DNA from: Vicugna vicugna
Lineage: Eukaryota
DNA: 64,000 nt
Direction: 5' to 3'
Assembly (NCBI GenBank): GCA_013265495.1
Contig: MU058844.1
Location: 5,827,260 to 5,891,259 of the forward strand
A program made the position numbers and the translations under genes. Positions 1 to 14,339 of this stretch are shown here, piece by piece; positions within the stretch are counted from its first letter, which is position 1, and each line of letters starts with the position of its first letter. Under the pieces are notes generated by a model, which saw only the letters and a list, made by a program, of their open reading frames with translations, was not told where the DNA came from and did no database searches.

Positions 1-630
1 TGGTGTTTATCGCCCCATATTTCTGTCAACATTCACTTCTCAAGTACTTGGCTAGTCTCTAGAAAGATTGAAGCTTTCTCTTCAGCTCCCCCTCTTCTTT
101 CTGAGGTCCCACCAGAATCACCTTTAAAGGTCTGTTCACAGCACTGTAGGTTTTTTTTTTTTTCTAACAAGCACCTCAAAACTCTTCCAGACTCTACCAA
201 TTACATAGTTCCAAAGTCATGTCCATACTTTCAGCTCTTTCTTACAGCAGCATCACTACATCTGGGTACCAATTTGTCTCAGTCCATTTGGACTGCTATC
301 ACAAAATACCATAGACTGAGTGGCTTAACCAATAAAGATTTATCTCTCACAGTTCTGGAGGCTGGGAATTCAAGATCATGGTGTCAGCAGATGTGGTGAC
401 CCATGAGAGCCTGCCTCCTGGTTCACAGTAGTCCTTCTCACTGTTGTCACACGGCAGAAGGGACCATGCAGCTCCCTGGAGGTATCTTTTTTGAGGGCAG
501 TAACCCTGTCCATGAGGTCTCCATCCTCCATACCCAGCTGTCTCCCAAAGACGTCACCTCCAGATACCACATTGGGATTTAGGTTTCAACATACGAATTT
601 TGAGGGGACACAAACATTCAGTCTCTGGCA
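1..630 (-). mobile_element. MaLR MLT1A-type LTR (275-630) with adjoining internal segment (1-274)
   Basis: tgtctcagtccatttggactgctatcacaaaataccatagactg...taggtttcaacatacgaattttgaggggacacaaacattcagtctctggca matches the recalled reverse-complement MLT1A/A0 consensus. ggtaccaattt at the left edge is the typical MaLR LTR/internal junction. Confidence 0.82.
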
Positions 631-2882
631 GATTAGAATGCAAAAAAAAAAAAGGGAGAGTAAAGTCAATAAAACATGTTAGAATTATTTTGCTATTGAA
701 AGATTCAAATTAACTTTGGGTTTATAAACAGTCTCCCTTTTTTTCCACATCATTAATTTTTTATAAGTGAACAACCACCCCCCAAATATATTTTATGGAG
801 AGAGAAGAGTTTCAAATACATTTCATATCATTTGTAATAGTTTGATACTTATATTAAATTTTCCTTTTGATAATTTTGTGAAAATTACAGTTTACCATTT
901 ACAGCTACGCTGAATGTTTCCCTCTTTTTTTCAGAAAATGCCTAAACTGTGGTTGATACATGTTAGTCCTAAATCTCTCTGAAGAAAACCTCGTATTTGA
1001 CAAAAAGATATGTTCCAGTATGTCTCTGAAGAAATACAGTGAGACAAATGGGTTGTTGCCTACCAATCCCTTTTTCAGTAGAAGCTCTTGCTTTATTTCC
1101 ATTTAGTCAAAGGGATCATCCCTCTCGGAAAATAAAGACACATGGTAATGCTGAAAAGAATCGTAGGATTTTAGAGGTGAAAAGAACTTAGAGATGGTTT
1201 AGTCTAAGGTTACACGGCTGGTTAATGACATTGCCAGAATTAGAAATACCGTCTTCTGGTTCTCAGTCCAGTGTTTTGTTTTGTTTTGGTTTTTTTTGTT
1301 ATACTATGCTGTGGCCCACTTCATGTCACCTCTGAAAAAGCATTCTCCTAAAGCATCTGTGAAAGACTCATAGCATCTTGAACAGAAATATTTTCTCTGC
1401 CAAAAAATGCCTGCCAAGGATTCTGCTACTAAGAGCTCCCACTGGGCAAAGGGTCCCTAGACAGCACACTGAACAAACTGTAATGAGGTATATAATGTCT
1501 CCATTCTCTAGTGACATGGAGGCTTCACAATGTAGACTTTGTATTTTTAAAATGAATATTTTAAGCAAGCATCTCAGTTGTCTAACCCAGTGCACCACAT
1601 CCCATGAGACAGAGCCTACAGCCTCTCACACTCAGTGATGTTATGCTTTAGGGCGACAGGGGGCTGTTTCAAGATAGTTGGCTTTGTCTGTGTAGACCCC
1701 ATTTTTTTTTCCTTTTTTCTTTAAGAAATCAGCATGATCTCTCTGGCCTTTTCTGTAACTGAGCAATTGAGTAAGGTCTCAATGTAAAAGCTGTATTCAC
1801 AGCAATAGTGCAAAATGTCACTGAGATGCCACTCCCAGACTTCATTCGATTCCTGTAACAGATATTCTCCATTCTGTGCTCCAGGAGCTGAAACAGGCTT
1901 TGTTCCCTAGAGTTATCAGTTGTACCAGATGAACACTATATCTTGAATATTACAGAAAGCTAGATTCATGGTGAATTTGTAAATTCATGTGGATAAAAAA
2001 CAGAGTAATCAAAATAAATGTAATGCTATAATAACTAGCGTGCTTGGGAGATTAAAATGAGGTCCTTGATTTCTGTCAAGGTGAACACTCATCTTTGGTT
2101 TGGATCACAGATTCTCACATTTAAATCACTTTGATAATGTTACCTTCCTATCATCCCCAAAAGTCACCATGGCAACAAATCAATGGCAAAGAAAACCTCT
2201 TCATTACATATTGTTTTTTAACATCTGTAAGTTATCAGGCTGTATTCGGAACATAATCCATTATATCTAGGAACTTTTCATATGTTTATTATTTATATTT
2301 CATTATTAATGCTTTCTTATGCACCATAATCACATATATTTTCCCCAGTGTGGAGTCCTAAAACTACGTTTTGTTACAAAACACACTCCCTCTGTCCACA
2401 TTCCCTTGAATCACAGAGGAAAAAAAAGTGATTTCTATTCATCAAAACTAAAGGTCATTAATTTTTAATTTTTTCTTTATCTTAAGTTGAATGCCTAGAA
2501 AATACCTATACTATTTATAGCCTTGATTTTGTGTGTGTATATATATATATATTTTACAAACAGCTATTTCCATGCTGAGAGAATAAGTCTGTTCTAAAAA
2601 ATTAAACACTTTAATTTTGTTACCTTCAAATTTTTACAGTAATGGAAAGCCATTACTATAATTGTGTTTTTAATCATACTCACCCTGGGAAGCTAACTTT
2701 ATGGGGCAACATATTTATTTGAATATGTCCTTCCTCCAGTTAATAAACCTCTCTTTCTTTTTCTCCACACCTACTAATTTTGAGTAGAATATACAAATCC
2801 AACCACCTGTGATTATTACAGCAGTATTATGAAAGTCTAGTTGCAATGTCTTAATTCCGATTGAATTTGTGGTACATTTGAA

Positions 2883-2908
2883 GTGTGTGTGTGTGTGTGT
2901 GTGTGTGT
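2883..2908. repeat. (GT)n microsatellite
   Basis: About 13 perfect GT units seen directly. Confidence 0.95.
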
Positions 2909-5900
2909 TCGCTGACAAGTTTTTATAACCAGATTGAGGCATAGTCAGATCGGATAATCCTTTAAGCTCTTTCTGCTGCTGCTTTAATAACACTTCATGC
3001 ATTTCCAAATATTTTTAAATGTTCTATTTGATCTAAATAATCAGGCAAATTGTTGCCTATTTTCCCTGCTAATCAAAATAAAATAGAAAAGCCAAAATTA
3101 CAAAGGAAAATGTAAAAAACAAACACAACATAAATAAGTGATAAAAGCCTGAATCAGTTACTAGGGGGTAAATTAACCCAAATAAATTACCTGTAACAGT
3201 GAGTATAACTGCTTTCCCTGCAAAAGGAAAGGAGCTTGATTAGGCAAGACAAGGCTGAATTGTAGCTAAAATCAGAATAGTTAAGATAGCAAGTGGCAAA
3301 AGGCCAAGAAAAGAAAAAAACAGAAAAAAAGATTAGACAGTGGAGAGAGGAGAAATGTAGGATCCATCTGATAAAGAAAAGATGCCTTGTTAGCAGCATC
3401 TGCCAAAATGGAACTGAATAGTGGCACAGCACTGGTGCAGTGAGTCACTTCTGGTAAACAAGCGTCTGGAAGTTTAGTAGACAAGTCTTATCTAAGACTC
3501 AGGCCATGGAGGACCTGATCTATTGCTACTCAGTGTAACAGAACTGACAGCCCAGTAGCAAGATCTAGCAAGGTAGGAATGGGGTAGATCAACTAGTCAT
3601 TTAAAAAGGAAACTGGAAAGAAAGAAATGGGGGAGGGGAGAGAGAGAGAGAGAGACCAGCAGGTGACTTAGTTCTTTCATTCACTGAGCACATGCCCAGA
3701 GGGAGAACCTACTCTCAGAAGTCTCCGTTTCACTTTATTCTCAATGTTTAAACATTTCTAATGTTTAACGATAACAAAAATGTGATGGTAATTATAGCAC
3801 ATATATATATCTATATATATCTTTACATATTTTGCATATATACATTGTCTAATTTCCCATGCATGTTATTGATAGAGTTATATATAAATAACATACAATA
3901 ATTTTTGAGTAAATAGGAAGGTAATTTTTCAGGGTAATTTTCTAGGGAAATTTTTTTTTCCTGCTGCCTTTATATTCTAATCCTCATTTCAGTCCGCATC
4001 CTCCCATCAGACAAGACCACACTGTATCATCATATTGAATGCTGGCCATTGGAGGTCCTGAGATACTTTAAGAGAAGACCACTGAATGTACCACTCTTTA
4101 GTCACAGTTTGACCTTTTTCTTTTGCTTTTATAGTTCGGCATTTGAAACTGCTACCTGACCTCTTAGCAATTCAGCTATGATCTCCTCATCTTTGCCTAC
4201 TTGGTTATACTTAGGCAAAATTCTTAAAAGGAATAATAGAAGAGAGAGTCCTTTACAATTATAAGAGATACTAAGGTTGTTTTCTGTGCTCTTTTATTCA
4301 CTTATGTGAATCCCCCCAAATCCCATTCACTTGAGAAAATATCAAGTAGCATCATTATGCCAGGGTTTGACTAGATATCAATATGCAAATGCTGTTCTTG
4401 TCAGTCAAGGGTTCACCCCTATTCACATCGGTGGAGTGACACGAATCTCTTCTTCTTAGGGAAAAAAAATCAGTGCTTCTCCACCCTTTATTTTTCTTAT
4501 TAAACTTAATTTCTTATTAAGATTTCTATCTTGTGAGGTCTTCCTTCTGAGCCCTAGGACTAATTTTTAAAATGAATAATTTATTTAAAATATTAATTGG
4601 TTAAAGTGCTTGTTCATATTTCAAAAACAGCTCCTACTGAAAAGTGGCAATAAACTAAGGCTAATCCACACGTCAGATTTTCCCCAGGGTTTTACCAACT
4701 TCATCCTTTAGTGTGTGGGCTTCTCGCACTTTAGAAAATCCTTGCTTTGTTACTATTACAGAGAGAATTATGAGCTGTCATTCAGATATGTTAGGGTGGA
4801 AAAAGTTTGAGAACTGTTCGCCTTAGTTCAATGTGAAGTTCTTATGGAAGTTAGGAAATCATTTTCAGGAAGACAGCCTTTAGGAGAACTATTAAAATCG
4901 TACCTCACTATTTTGCCATAGCAGGGTTGGTAGAGTCTTGGTGAAGGAGTAAGAACAATAAGGCCATCGGGTTAAGGCCTGGTGACCTGGCAACAACCCA
5001 TTCAACTTCCTGTAGGTGTTCTTCAGTCTGCAGAAGGAAAAATAAAAGAGCACTGATGTTTAATCTAACATGCTTTGTCATCAAGTTAATAGGTAAGAGG
5101 ATTTATATTTCCAAAAAGTAAATAAATACCAAATTAAATATTAAAAGCAAAAGAACTGATGTTCATCACCACAAAATTTCCCTTGTGTCTTCTATTCAGT
5201 AATATAATTATTTCCAGAAAGAAGATGCAAATCTACACTGACTTCCACTATGGAATATGAGTTGAAAGTTTGAACTGAATAGACATGTAGTCTCATTTTC
5301 AGAAAGTGCAATATCCAGAGTCACTCTTCCCTTCACAGTTTTAGGTGACACGGTAACAGAAATAAGAGCTTTGAAATACCTGTTACATTTTCATTTGAGC
5401 AAATGTTTTATTCTAATGCCAGCGTGCATGCTTTTCAATGCAGTAAAAAGAAAAGGCTGTTTCTGAAAAATATTTTCTCATCAACTTGAAACACATAAAT
5501 CTCAAGAACTTCCATTAGCAAAAGCACCTATTGAAAACACTTGTTTTTCCATCTCCATTACTGAATCATATGTTATAATCAATAAACACTTGTAGTCTAT
5601 ATGGAATAATTCATATTCTCATAGAAAAAGTGTTGGAGTTTGAGTATTTGGGTACTCTAGGTGGATCTATTAAGATTCTTCAGAGCCCTCAAGAACTGAA
5701 TTATTGACTAATTTTTAAAATGTTCTTCATATGGACTTATTCTGAAGTATGCTTTGCATACAAGAATGAAAAGGTAACTCCTAGTTCTCTCAGAGTTTCC
5801 AACAGCATACTACAACTAACAGAATGAAACTTTAGGTAAAGCTTTAAGTGTCTTAGATGTTTTTCTTCTTCAAAGAAGAAAATTACCTAGATAAGGACCT

Positions 5901-6567
5901 AAGGAACTAGCTAATTCTCCTAAATTCATTGTCATGAGGAAAAAAAAGGCAGGGGTGGATATGTTGACACAGTATTCTCTTCTTCAATTTCTGTCCTCTT
6001 CAGTTATATATTTCTTTTATTCAGTTTGGTAGTATATATAACTCTCTCTCCCTCTCTTTTCTCTCTCTACCTACCTACCAACCTACCTATTTACCCATCT
6101 AAGTAATCATTTTTCTATCTATCCATCTATCCAAACATCCTTCCATCCTCCCTTTGCTTTATTGCTCAAAATATGTGAGAGCAGGAGGAAAGAATGCATG
6201 TATATGAATATGTGTGGCTGTCTGTCTATTTATCTGTCTATCTCATCTTTGATGAGACTCACAAATATAAGCATAGACACGTTTTGTACACTCATAAACA
6301 TATTTGGATTTTATTTTAGCTTTTATTATTTATTTGCAATTATATCATTTTCTCCTCCACTCATATGTGGACAAGAACAACAAAAAACATTGGTCTGACC
6401 TGGGATTTTTTAGAAGTATGGAGCTAAAAAACAGACAATAAGAGAAATTCAGAAACTTCAAGAAAAGTTCTGTCTCTTTGCTTGAGAAAGATCTTTTTCT
6501 GAATAATTAGTTTAGTGACGAGTGTGCTGGGGTTGTTGCAACCGAACTAAGAGCATGTAATCAAGTA

Positions 6568-6775
6568 CTTAAGAGCACGGGAAATGCCATTTACCAGCTC
6601 TGTAACCTTGGGCAAGTCACTTAATCCTTTTGTTCTTAGTTCCGAAGTCTGTAAAAGAAGGATAATGATGGTAATTATTTCATAGAGATGTCTTGAAGTT
6701 TGAATGTGTTAATATTTATAAAGAGCTCTGAACAGTAGTTGGCAAACAATAAACACCCTATATGTTAGCTGTTGT
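6568..6775 (+). mobile_element. MIR SINE
   Basis: MIR core: tttaccagctctgtaaccttgggcaagtcacttaatcc...ctgtaaaagaaggataatgatggta. Confidence 0.75.
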
Positions 6776-6889
6776 TGTCTGAATACCCTTACAGAAATGA
6801 AAGCTCATGAGCGCAGGAGATTTGCTTTTATGTTCATTGCTATTTCCTAGAAGTAACACTTGAAAGTATTCAATAAGCCTCATTTTGAA

Positions 6890-7595
6890 GAGGCAGTGCA
6901 GTGTCCTAGTTAAAAACAGTGATCATGAGGACAGACTCCCTGCATTAAAATCCAGGCTCCAGTACTGTTAGGTGTTTTACTTGTGCAAGATCCTTAACGC
7001 TGTTCTTCAGTTCTCAATACTGTAAAATGAAGATGTTTTGCTTAATTTTATGTGTCAGCTTGACAGAATCTCAGGGTGACCAGATGTTTGGCTAAACATT
7101 ATTTCTGGATGTGTCTGTGATGGTGTTTCAGGATGAGATTAGCATTTGAATTGGTAGAATGAGTGAAACAGATTGCTCTTTCCAACGTGAGTGGGCCTCA
7201 TCCAGTCGATTGAGGGCCTGAATAGAAAGAAAAGGCAGAGGAAGGGAGAATTTGTTCAGTCTGCCCGACAGCTGAGCTGCAACGTCAGTCTTCTGCACTC
7301 AGACCAGGATTTGCACCATCGGCTCTCCTGCTCTTGGGCCTCTGCACTCAGAGTGAAACTACACCACCGGATTTCCTAGTCTCCTATCTTGCAGATGGCA
7401 GATCTTGGGAATTCTCAAATTCCATAATTGCATGAGACTTGTAGATAAATAAATAAAAGACAAAGAGAGAGATCTTCTGTTGGTTTGGTTTCTCAGGAGA
7501 GAAGCTAACATAGGGTTAATAATAAAAATCTCAACTCATGCAATTATTGAGAGGAGTAAATGGAATAACATATATAAAATCCTGACCCATAGTGC
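6890..7595 (+). mobile_element. MIR SINE split by the MLT2 LTR
   Basis: The 5' half gaggcagtgcagtgtcctagttaaaa...ctgtaaaatgaaga stops at about 7033. The 3' half gggttaataataaaaatctc...attgagaggagtaaatggaataac resumes at about 7513. Confidence 0.65.
7034..7512 (+). mobile_element. MLT2 (ERVL) solo LTR
   Basis: cttaattttatgtgtcagcttgac...ctaaacattatttctggatgtgtctgtg...gtgggcctcatccagtcgattgagggcctgaatagaaagaaaaggcagaggaagggagaattt...ctgttggtttggtttctcaggagag matches recalled MLT2. Confidence 0.85.
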
Positions 7596-8731
7596 ATTTC
7601 TACCCCATCACCTGATGCTAAGGGAAATCATTCACATAGTGTCATATGGGAATAGGATGAGCTCTCTGGAGTTGCACAACCCAGCAGTCCTCATGTGAGT
7701 TATATAAATGTCAACCATGTTTGATATGTTGATAACCAAAAGTAAAGTTAAGAAATATTTTATAGCCTGAAGAATACTGTTATAAGCCAACTAAAAAGAA
7801 TGTTCGAAAAACGGTTGGGGCTATCTCTGTGAATTTTTTTTTGCTTGTTTGATCTCTGAACTTGATGCTATAGTGCCTATTTGATATTTTTCTCTTCTAA
7901 AAGAGATTGTCTTTTCGAGCTTAGACTTTATTTTGAATCTATGTTTTTCCCATATTCACATATTACCATTATGCCTGCTACTTTCTTAACCTCCAAAAAT
8001 CAAAGCGTTCCTTGCTTTGGTATTTTCACAATGCACTTAATATGACTGTGTGCAATTCCCTCCGCTCTTTGTGCTTTGACATAATCATATTCTCCATTGC
8101 CTACCTCTGCACTGAAAAGCAGTATTACTTTGGAATTTTACTTTGGGACAACCTGTATTATTTTATAAGCTTTAACCTCAGCTACAATTTAGAGTAATCT
8201 AAATGATTACTAATCTATGTGATAATCTAGATTTCATCTTTGTTTAGAAAAATCAGCATACTCTTGAATGAGCAAATTGGATACATGTTTTCCCATGGAT
8301 TTTGACTGAATAAGGAGTTTGCTTCTTGGTTGCTCAATTTTTTAAATTGGTTGTTAATTGCATTATTAGAACTCAGCACAAAAATATGGCTCCAAATCTG
8401 ATTCTTTATGGACCTGGTAGGAGGTGGCTACTCTAGGTCTGTCCTGACAAATATACCTCTGTGTTCTAGTAATATTATTTTCCTAAAAATCTCTTCAGGG
8501 ATAGACACAGCTTTGAAATCCCAGCTTATTAAGAAAGATACAGAGATAAAGCTATAACCTTTAAAAACTATATTGCTGTCTATATAAATAAATATTGTTA
8601 AGAGAATCTTAGCTACAAACCATCAACTGAAACTAAAGCTGAAATTTGGGGGAAAATATCTGTTGATAAATATTTTGATTGAATCCACACACAAGAAATA
8701 GATTAGCTGACTAGCTTTTTCCTTCATATTG

Positions 8732-9600
8732 ATTCATTCTTTCAATAACTATTTATTATATCTATGATTTGTTAGATACTTGCAAACTATCCAAGAAAAA
8801 AATTCTGTTCTTGTAAAGTTTGCAATCTAGTCTGAGAAGACAGATAATGAATAATAAATAAATAAGTAAATTATATGATGTATTGGAAGGTTACAAATGC
8901 TATAGAAAAGAAAAAGACATAGGACAAGATGAGGGGCTTTAAAATGCCTGTTTGGAGGGAGGAACTTGGAATTTAATAGGACAGACCTCTTTGAGAAGGT
9001 TGTATCTGAACAGTGACTTGCAGGAAGGTAAGTGCTCAAGCCATGGGAATATTTAGGAGGAGAAATTTCAAAAAGAAAATTGGAACATCCAGGGCAAATT
9101 TCACACATCAAGGAGGCTCACAGCAGGTGCAGAGAACAATGAAGAAGACAGTGTGGCTGCTGCTGAAAGAAGAGGGCAGGAATCAGAGACCAGTGAGGAC
9201 CTTTTGAGCCATCGTAATTGGCATTCATTTCAAAAGGATTGAGGAGATATTACAACGTTTGTGTAGAGGAATGAGATTATCTGACTTTTATTTTTAAAAG
9301 ATCCTTCTAGTTACTCTCTTTAGAATAGGTTGGGGGATGGGCAAAGAGACAAGTTTGCAAGAGTGAAAGGATGGGGGCGAGCTGAAACCATATTAATTAA
9401 ATACAGATAAGAAATCCTAGTAACTTGGACCAAGATGATAGCAATAGTTTTAGAGAGCTATTGTTATATTATGGATGTATATTAAAGATGAGGCCAGCAG
9501 GATTTCCTGGTGAATTGGATGTGGTGTGTAAGATGGAGTTGACTCTAATTGGCCTGGAGGACTGGAAACTAGAGAAACATCAGTTGGGAATGAGACTGTT
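8732..9600 (-). mobile_element. L2 LINE fragment
   Basis: Starts ttcattctttcaataactatttatt (L2 3' end, antisense), followed by degraded purine-rich L2 body such as gccagcaggatttcctggtgaattggatgtgg. Confidence 0.6.
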
Positions 9601-10725
9601 GTATAAATTCATCTGCTTACTCAACTCCCAAAGCTTACACAGTTCCCTTTCCTCTGGATGCCATGTTATGTGTGGAGTATTACAATTGGAGACTTTTTTC
9701 ACTTTACAGGTATTAGATTTTAGACTAATAGACTTAGTAAAATCTAAAACTCATACATATACTCTATTTTCTAATCTGGAGCACTGTTTTTGACCCAGTC
9801 ACCTGTGGAAGGATGGTGGTTTCAGTATTTGAGAAGTAAATCCATAGTATCTCAATTTGACTTACCTCAATATATTTTGTAGGTAGGACTGTCCTATTCA
9901 AGAGAAAGGGTAGAGTTTTTGGGGAGAAGCTTATTAAAAAATACTTGAGGATAAGCCAGATAAGCCACAAAGTCATATATTTTTAACTCCTCAGAGAATG
10001 GAAGACACAAAACTAAATGACCAAATTCCAGAAAAGGAAGATCCTTCCCCAGAGTAAAAGAATCAAAGGAATCTCATAATTGTTTTCATCTCTAAGGGCA
10101 CTGCCGCAGAGGAAGACTTTCTGCCTTAGACAGGATGAGGGGAAACCAGAACAATTTTTAACAAGCTATAAATGGTCACATGTGGGTTGAAGCAATGAAT
10201 TAGAATTCCAAGGAGTCACTATCACAAACAAGATCTGTAGTATTGACCACAGAGGAGCTTCACCAAGGGCAAGGCCATGGCCTGAAAAAGACTGGGGCAA
10301 GGGAGGCCTTTCATGTACTGCGCTGCTGCAGAGGGCCGGGGGCAGGGCAGGGCAGCCTCTTCAGAGGCATGGAAAACTGGGATAGAAAAGAATGCCTCAG
10401 TAATCGGTAAGACCCCAGACACCCAGGTCAACTGCAGATTAAACTGGTTTCGGCCCTCACTCAGCCACACAGGGACTGAAAGTGAGGTTCAAAAGCTTCA
10501 TCAGAAATTCATATTAATAACTGAACTATAAGAAAAAGACTAATTAACTAACAACACAACAACCACAAAAACTGTTTCCCAAGAAACTAACCGTAGAGGG
10601 AAGGAATAGTTTAGAAAGAGGAATAGTAATGTTGCAAAGCAGATGAAGGTGTGAACCATAACCCTGAAGAGCAGAATACCTACCAAAAAATCAAAGTAAA
10701 GCTTAAAGAACAAAATCTGCATTGT

Positions 10726-11027
10726 AATAAACAATGAATATTAAAAAAACAGAAACCTATTCATAGATACAGGAACCAACTAGTGGTTGCCAGAGGGTAG
10801 AGAGAAGGAGAAAGGACAAGATAGGGATAAGAGATTGAGGTACAAACTACTAGGTATAAAATAAGCTACAAGGATGTATTGTACAGCACAAGGAATATAG
10901 CCAATATTTGACATTAACTTTAAATGGAGTATGATCTTTAAAAATACGGAATCACTATGTTGTACCTCTGAAACTAATAGAATATTGTAAATCAACTATA
11001 CTTCAATAAAACAAAATTAAAAAATAG
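10726..11027 (+). mobile_element. 5'-truncated L1 3' end with target-site duplication
   Basis: L1 3' UTR motifs (ctagtggttgccagaggg, gtattgtacagcacaaggaatatagccaatattt, attgtaaatcaactatacttcaataaa) and an A-rich tail. Flanked by aaaatctgcattgt (10712-10725) and aaaacctgcattgt (11028-11041), one mismatch. Confidence 0.85.
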
Positions 11028-14000
11028 AAAACCTGCATTGTTGCCCCTGATAAGAAAATGTGTATTTTATGGTCACTAGCACAGGCTGGTCTGAAAAATT
11101 CCAGTGGCCTAAGAGATAAGAACACATGGGGCAGACCAAAATTAGCTGAAATGGATGTTAAAGCTGAAATTTTAGAGGTAATCCAATTGCAGTATTTGAC
11201 AGAGGCTCAGGAGAACCAGGGAATCCTCTGAGTTATTAGGGATGCATCCAGTTGACGGGACTTGTGCAGCCAGGGTCTAGGTCCTGTGTTGACCAGCTAG
11301 CACTTCCACTTTGGCTTCTGCTCTTACTCTGTCTGCATGGCAAGAAAGTTCACTCCTGCTTTCGTCTCTAATCCTCAACCTGGACCAGCGGGCCTCATAA
11401 TCTATTACATGCCTTCTGCCCATGGAACAGATGATCCAGTGTCCTTAAAACTGAAGTCCAGTAGAACAGATACTAAGGATGCTGTAGGCAATTTGATTTT
11501 CACTATTTCTCTCTTAACTTGAAAGCAAAGCACCTGGCCCAAGCTTTCTTCCTCTACCAAGTTGAAGGTTTGTACTGGGAATGGACAATGAGGGAAATTG
11601 ATGACAGGAAGACCTCCTTCCTCCCCCCACCTTCCTCCAGGAAGCATCTGAAGACGGTCTTCCACCTTCCATTACTTTCTAAGGGAGGGATTTTGCTGGC
11701 CAACCCCATCCCCTATTAGCGTGGATAGATGTCTGCCCACTAAGATGTTTCTACTTTAACCTTGTTCACATCCAGGGTTTCATTCCCCACAATCATTTCT
11801 TGAAAGTTGCTCCCTGTTGGACTAAATTCTTCAGGCGAATCTTCTGAGGATCCAGAATCTGAGGAAAAATGCTTCTATCATGTCGTGTTCTCTTTTACTT
11901 TAACAGCTAAGAATGAAGTGTTTTCAGACATTTGTGCAATTTGAGGCTTGATAAAATTACAATTCTTAGGGTAAAATTTCATAGTTAAAAGTCATTTCTT
12001 AATTAAAATTATTTGAATAAATAATCTCCAATGTATTAGACTCTAGATCAGTATTGGATTCTGATGTGATTCAATAGCCAGTCATAACAAAAGCTAGAGT
12101 AAGCATTTTAGCTGAGGAGTTAAACAACTAGGTAGATTTAAAACTTTAATAAGCCATATTTGTTTCCTAAAAATTTCTAAGACAACTGTGAGAGTTTTCT
12201 GAACATTACCTTAATAATTTTTATTCATTTAAAAAAAAAGACGTGCGCCTCTGGGAGAATACAATAAGGGAAAAACAATGCTTTGCTCTTTGAGTGACAA
12301 GAGGAGGTCAGTCTGTCATGAGGCCTCGCTCAGTGAGGCCTTGAGCCTCAAATAGGTATGTCATCCCGGAGGTCTCTACAAGCTGTAGGCCTTCATGTGA
12401 GTTGGTGGTCATGGCTGCATGTTTCCCTCTCCACCTCTAGGAAATTGAGAACAAAGACATTTTCAGAGACAATGCTCTCTACCCATCGTCTTGCTTCCTG
12501 CTTTATTTCTGTTTCCATCCATGCGAGAGTGCTGACTTGCATTTTTCTGGTCAGGCTGAGTATGCTGACGTGCATGGAAAAGGTAGGCAGCGTGGGGGTG
12601 AAGCTTACCCCACAAGTGTTAGCGCCCCGCCCAGGGGTTGCTGCTCTAGTGCTCTTAACATACAGAGCTGATCAAGTGAGAGGAGCAAGAACCAGAAGGA
12701 CTGAATCCTCGTCATCTTAGTTCATTGTAATCAGTTCAAATTGAAGTTTCACACTGTGGTTTTGTGTCCAAAAAGTAAGCATATCTGAGTACCACAGCCT
12801 AGGTAGGAGAGCCTTTATCAGCTGTATTGGCCACATCAGACTGAGGCTTGAACTGTCCTGTGTCTGCCCTTCCAGCGTGAATGTATCCCCCCAGGAGAGG
12901 GATGGAGGTGGGCAGGGACTGTCTGCATCTCACAAGAGAAAAAGGAGACAGGTGTTTCCAGCCAGCAGAATGGAAATTAGAAACACTGGTTTTAGCCCAG
13001 CTCATCAAGAGAATTATGGTTCCTTCTGTAGGGAGAAAAAAATCAGCAAAGGGATGAACAAACGTGAACAAAGGATGAACAGAGCACAAAGGAAGAGCTC
13101 CTATGAACGTTAAGGGAAGATGTTCGATCTTCCAGGAAAATGGAATTCTGTGGCATGTGAATTGAATAAAATGTTTTTGTAAAATGTTGCATTCTTTAAA
13201 TCCAGCAATATTCCTAGAAAACAGTGGGAATACATTTGGAAATGCTTTGTATGAACTTAAGACTATCTACTAATGAAACTGGAATTGGGAAGAATTTGAG
13301 GGCAAAACTTGAAAACTAAATATTTTTTTACATCTAAAAGATAAATAAAATATTAAATTAGATGTTTAAACACAGTTGTTAGAGTTGAATAAACTCTTAG
13401 CTTTTTATTCAAATCATGGAGAAACCACATGAAAAATGTCAGAGAGACATTTTTCCACATAATATATTATGAATTAATTTTTAATTGAGACCTAGAAGAC
13501 CTGTGGTATATATTGCCTCTGGGAAGCTACCAAAACTCTTGCGACCTCAGTTTTCTAATACAAAAGAAAGCTAATATCAAAACTTGTTAGGCTTGCTTTA
13601 TAAGACTGATTTAAGAATCCATGACAGTAATATATTTAAAGTATGTTCGGATTTACAACACTGTAAATTTTAAAGTATAATTTAATTGCAAGCCTTATTG
13701 AATAAACTACTGGGGAAAATATTTCTCACTATTAGTAGATTATTAAGTTTATTTTTCTTACTAAAAGAGGTTATGAGAAGAGTTTGAATATTTTATTTGG
13801 CATGATACAAAATATTTTTATAGATTTGGGGAGGATTTATACTATTTACACAAACTACTCAGTGATCAGAAAGAGAGTTGTCATTTTTCTGATGAGGCTT
13901 TTTATTTTGCACTGTGTTTCTAGCAGATTCTTTATAGCATTTATATGTGTCAGTTATGAGGAACATTACAATTTCCTAGATCATTCAAGCCTAAACATCA

Positions 14001-14339
14001 TTTTAATAACTAAAATATATAAATGTAAAAGATACACATTGTTAATTAAGGGTGTATTTTCATTTAAAGTGTTTTTTTCTAATAAAAGTATCTATCTAAG
14101 CAAAGGTTTAAGTTAACGACTAAGCAAGGAAATGAGACAATGTAAGTTAAATCAGATTTTAAAAGCCCTTAAATTTAAATAAATCTGTGACAATCTATTA
14201 TTTATGAGGTCCAGAAAGGACTGTGAAATCAAAAATGCTTCCTCAAATAGCAGTGCATAGAATTCAAAATTCTGTCTGCTATAGAAATCTTGTGTTAAAA
14301 TATTTTCCCTGAAAAGCTCCAGTTAGTGGGAAAATGTCA

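Noticed and set aside
1726..1770. Possible 45-nt non-coding exon
   Set aside because: Good pyrimidine tract but a weak donor (TGA|gtaagg); such pairs are common by chance in long introns.
12621..12635. Possible CTCF site (agcgccccgcccagg)
   Set aside because: Only the 5' half fits the consensus; at most an isolated GC box.
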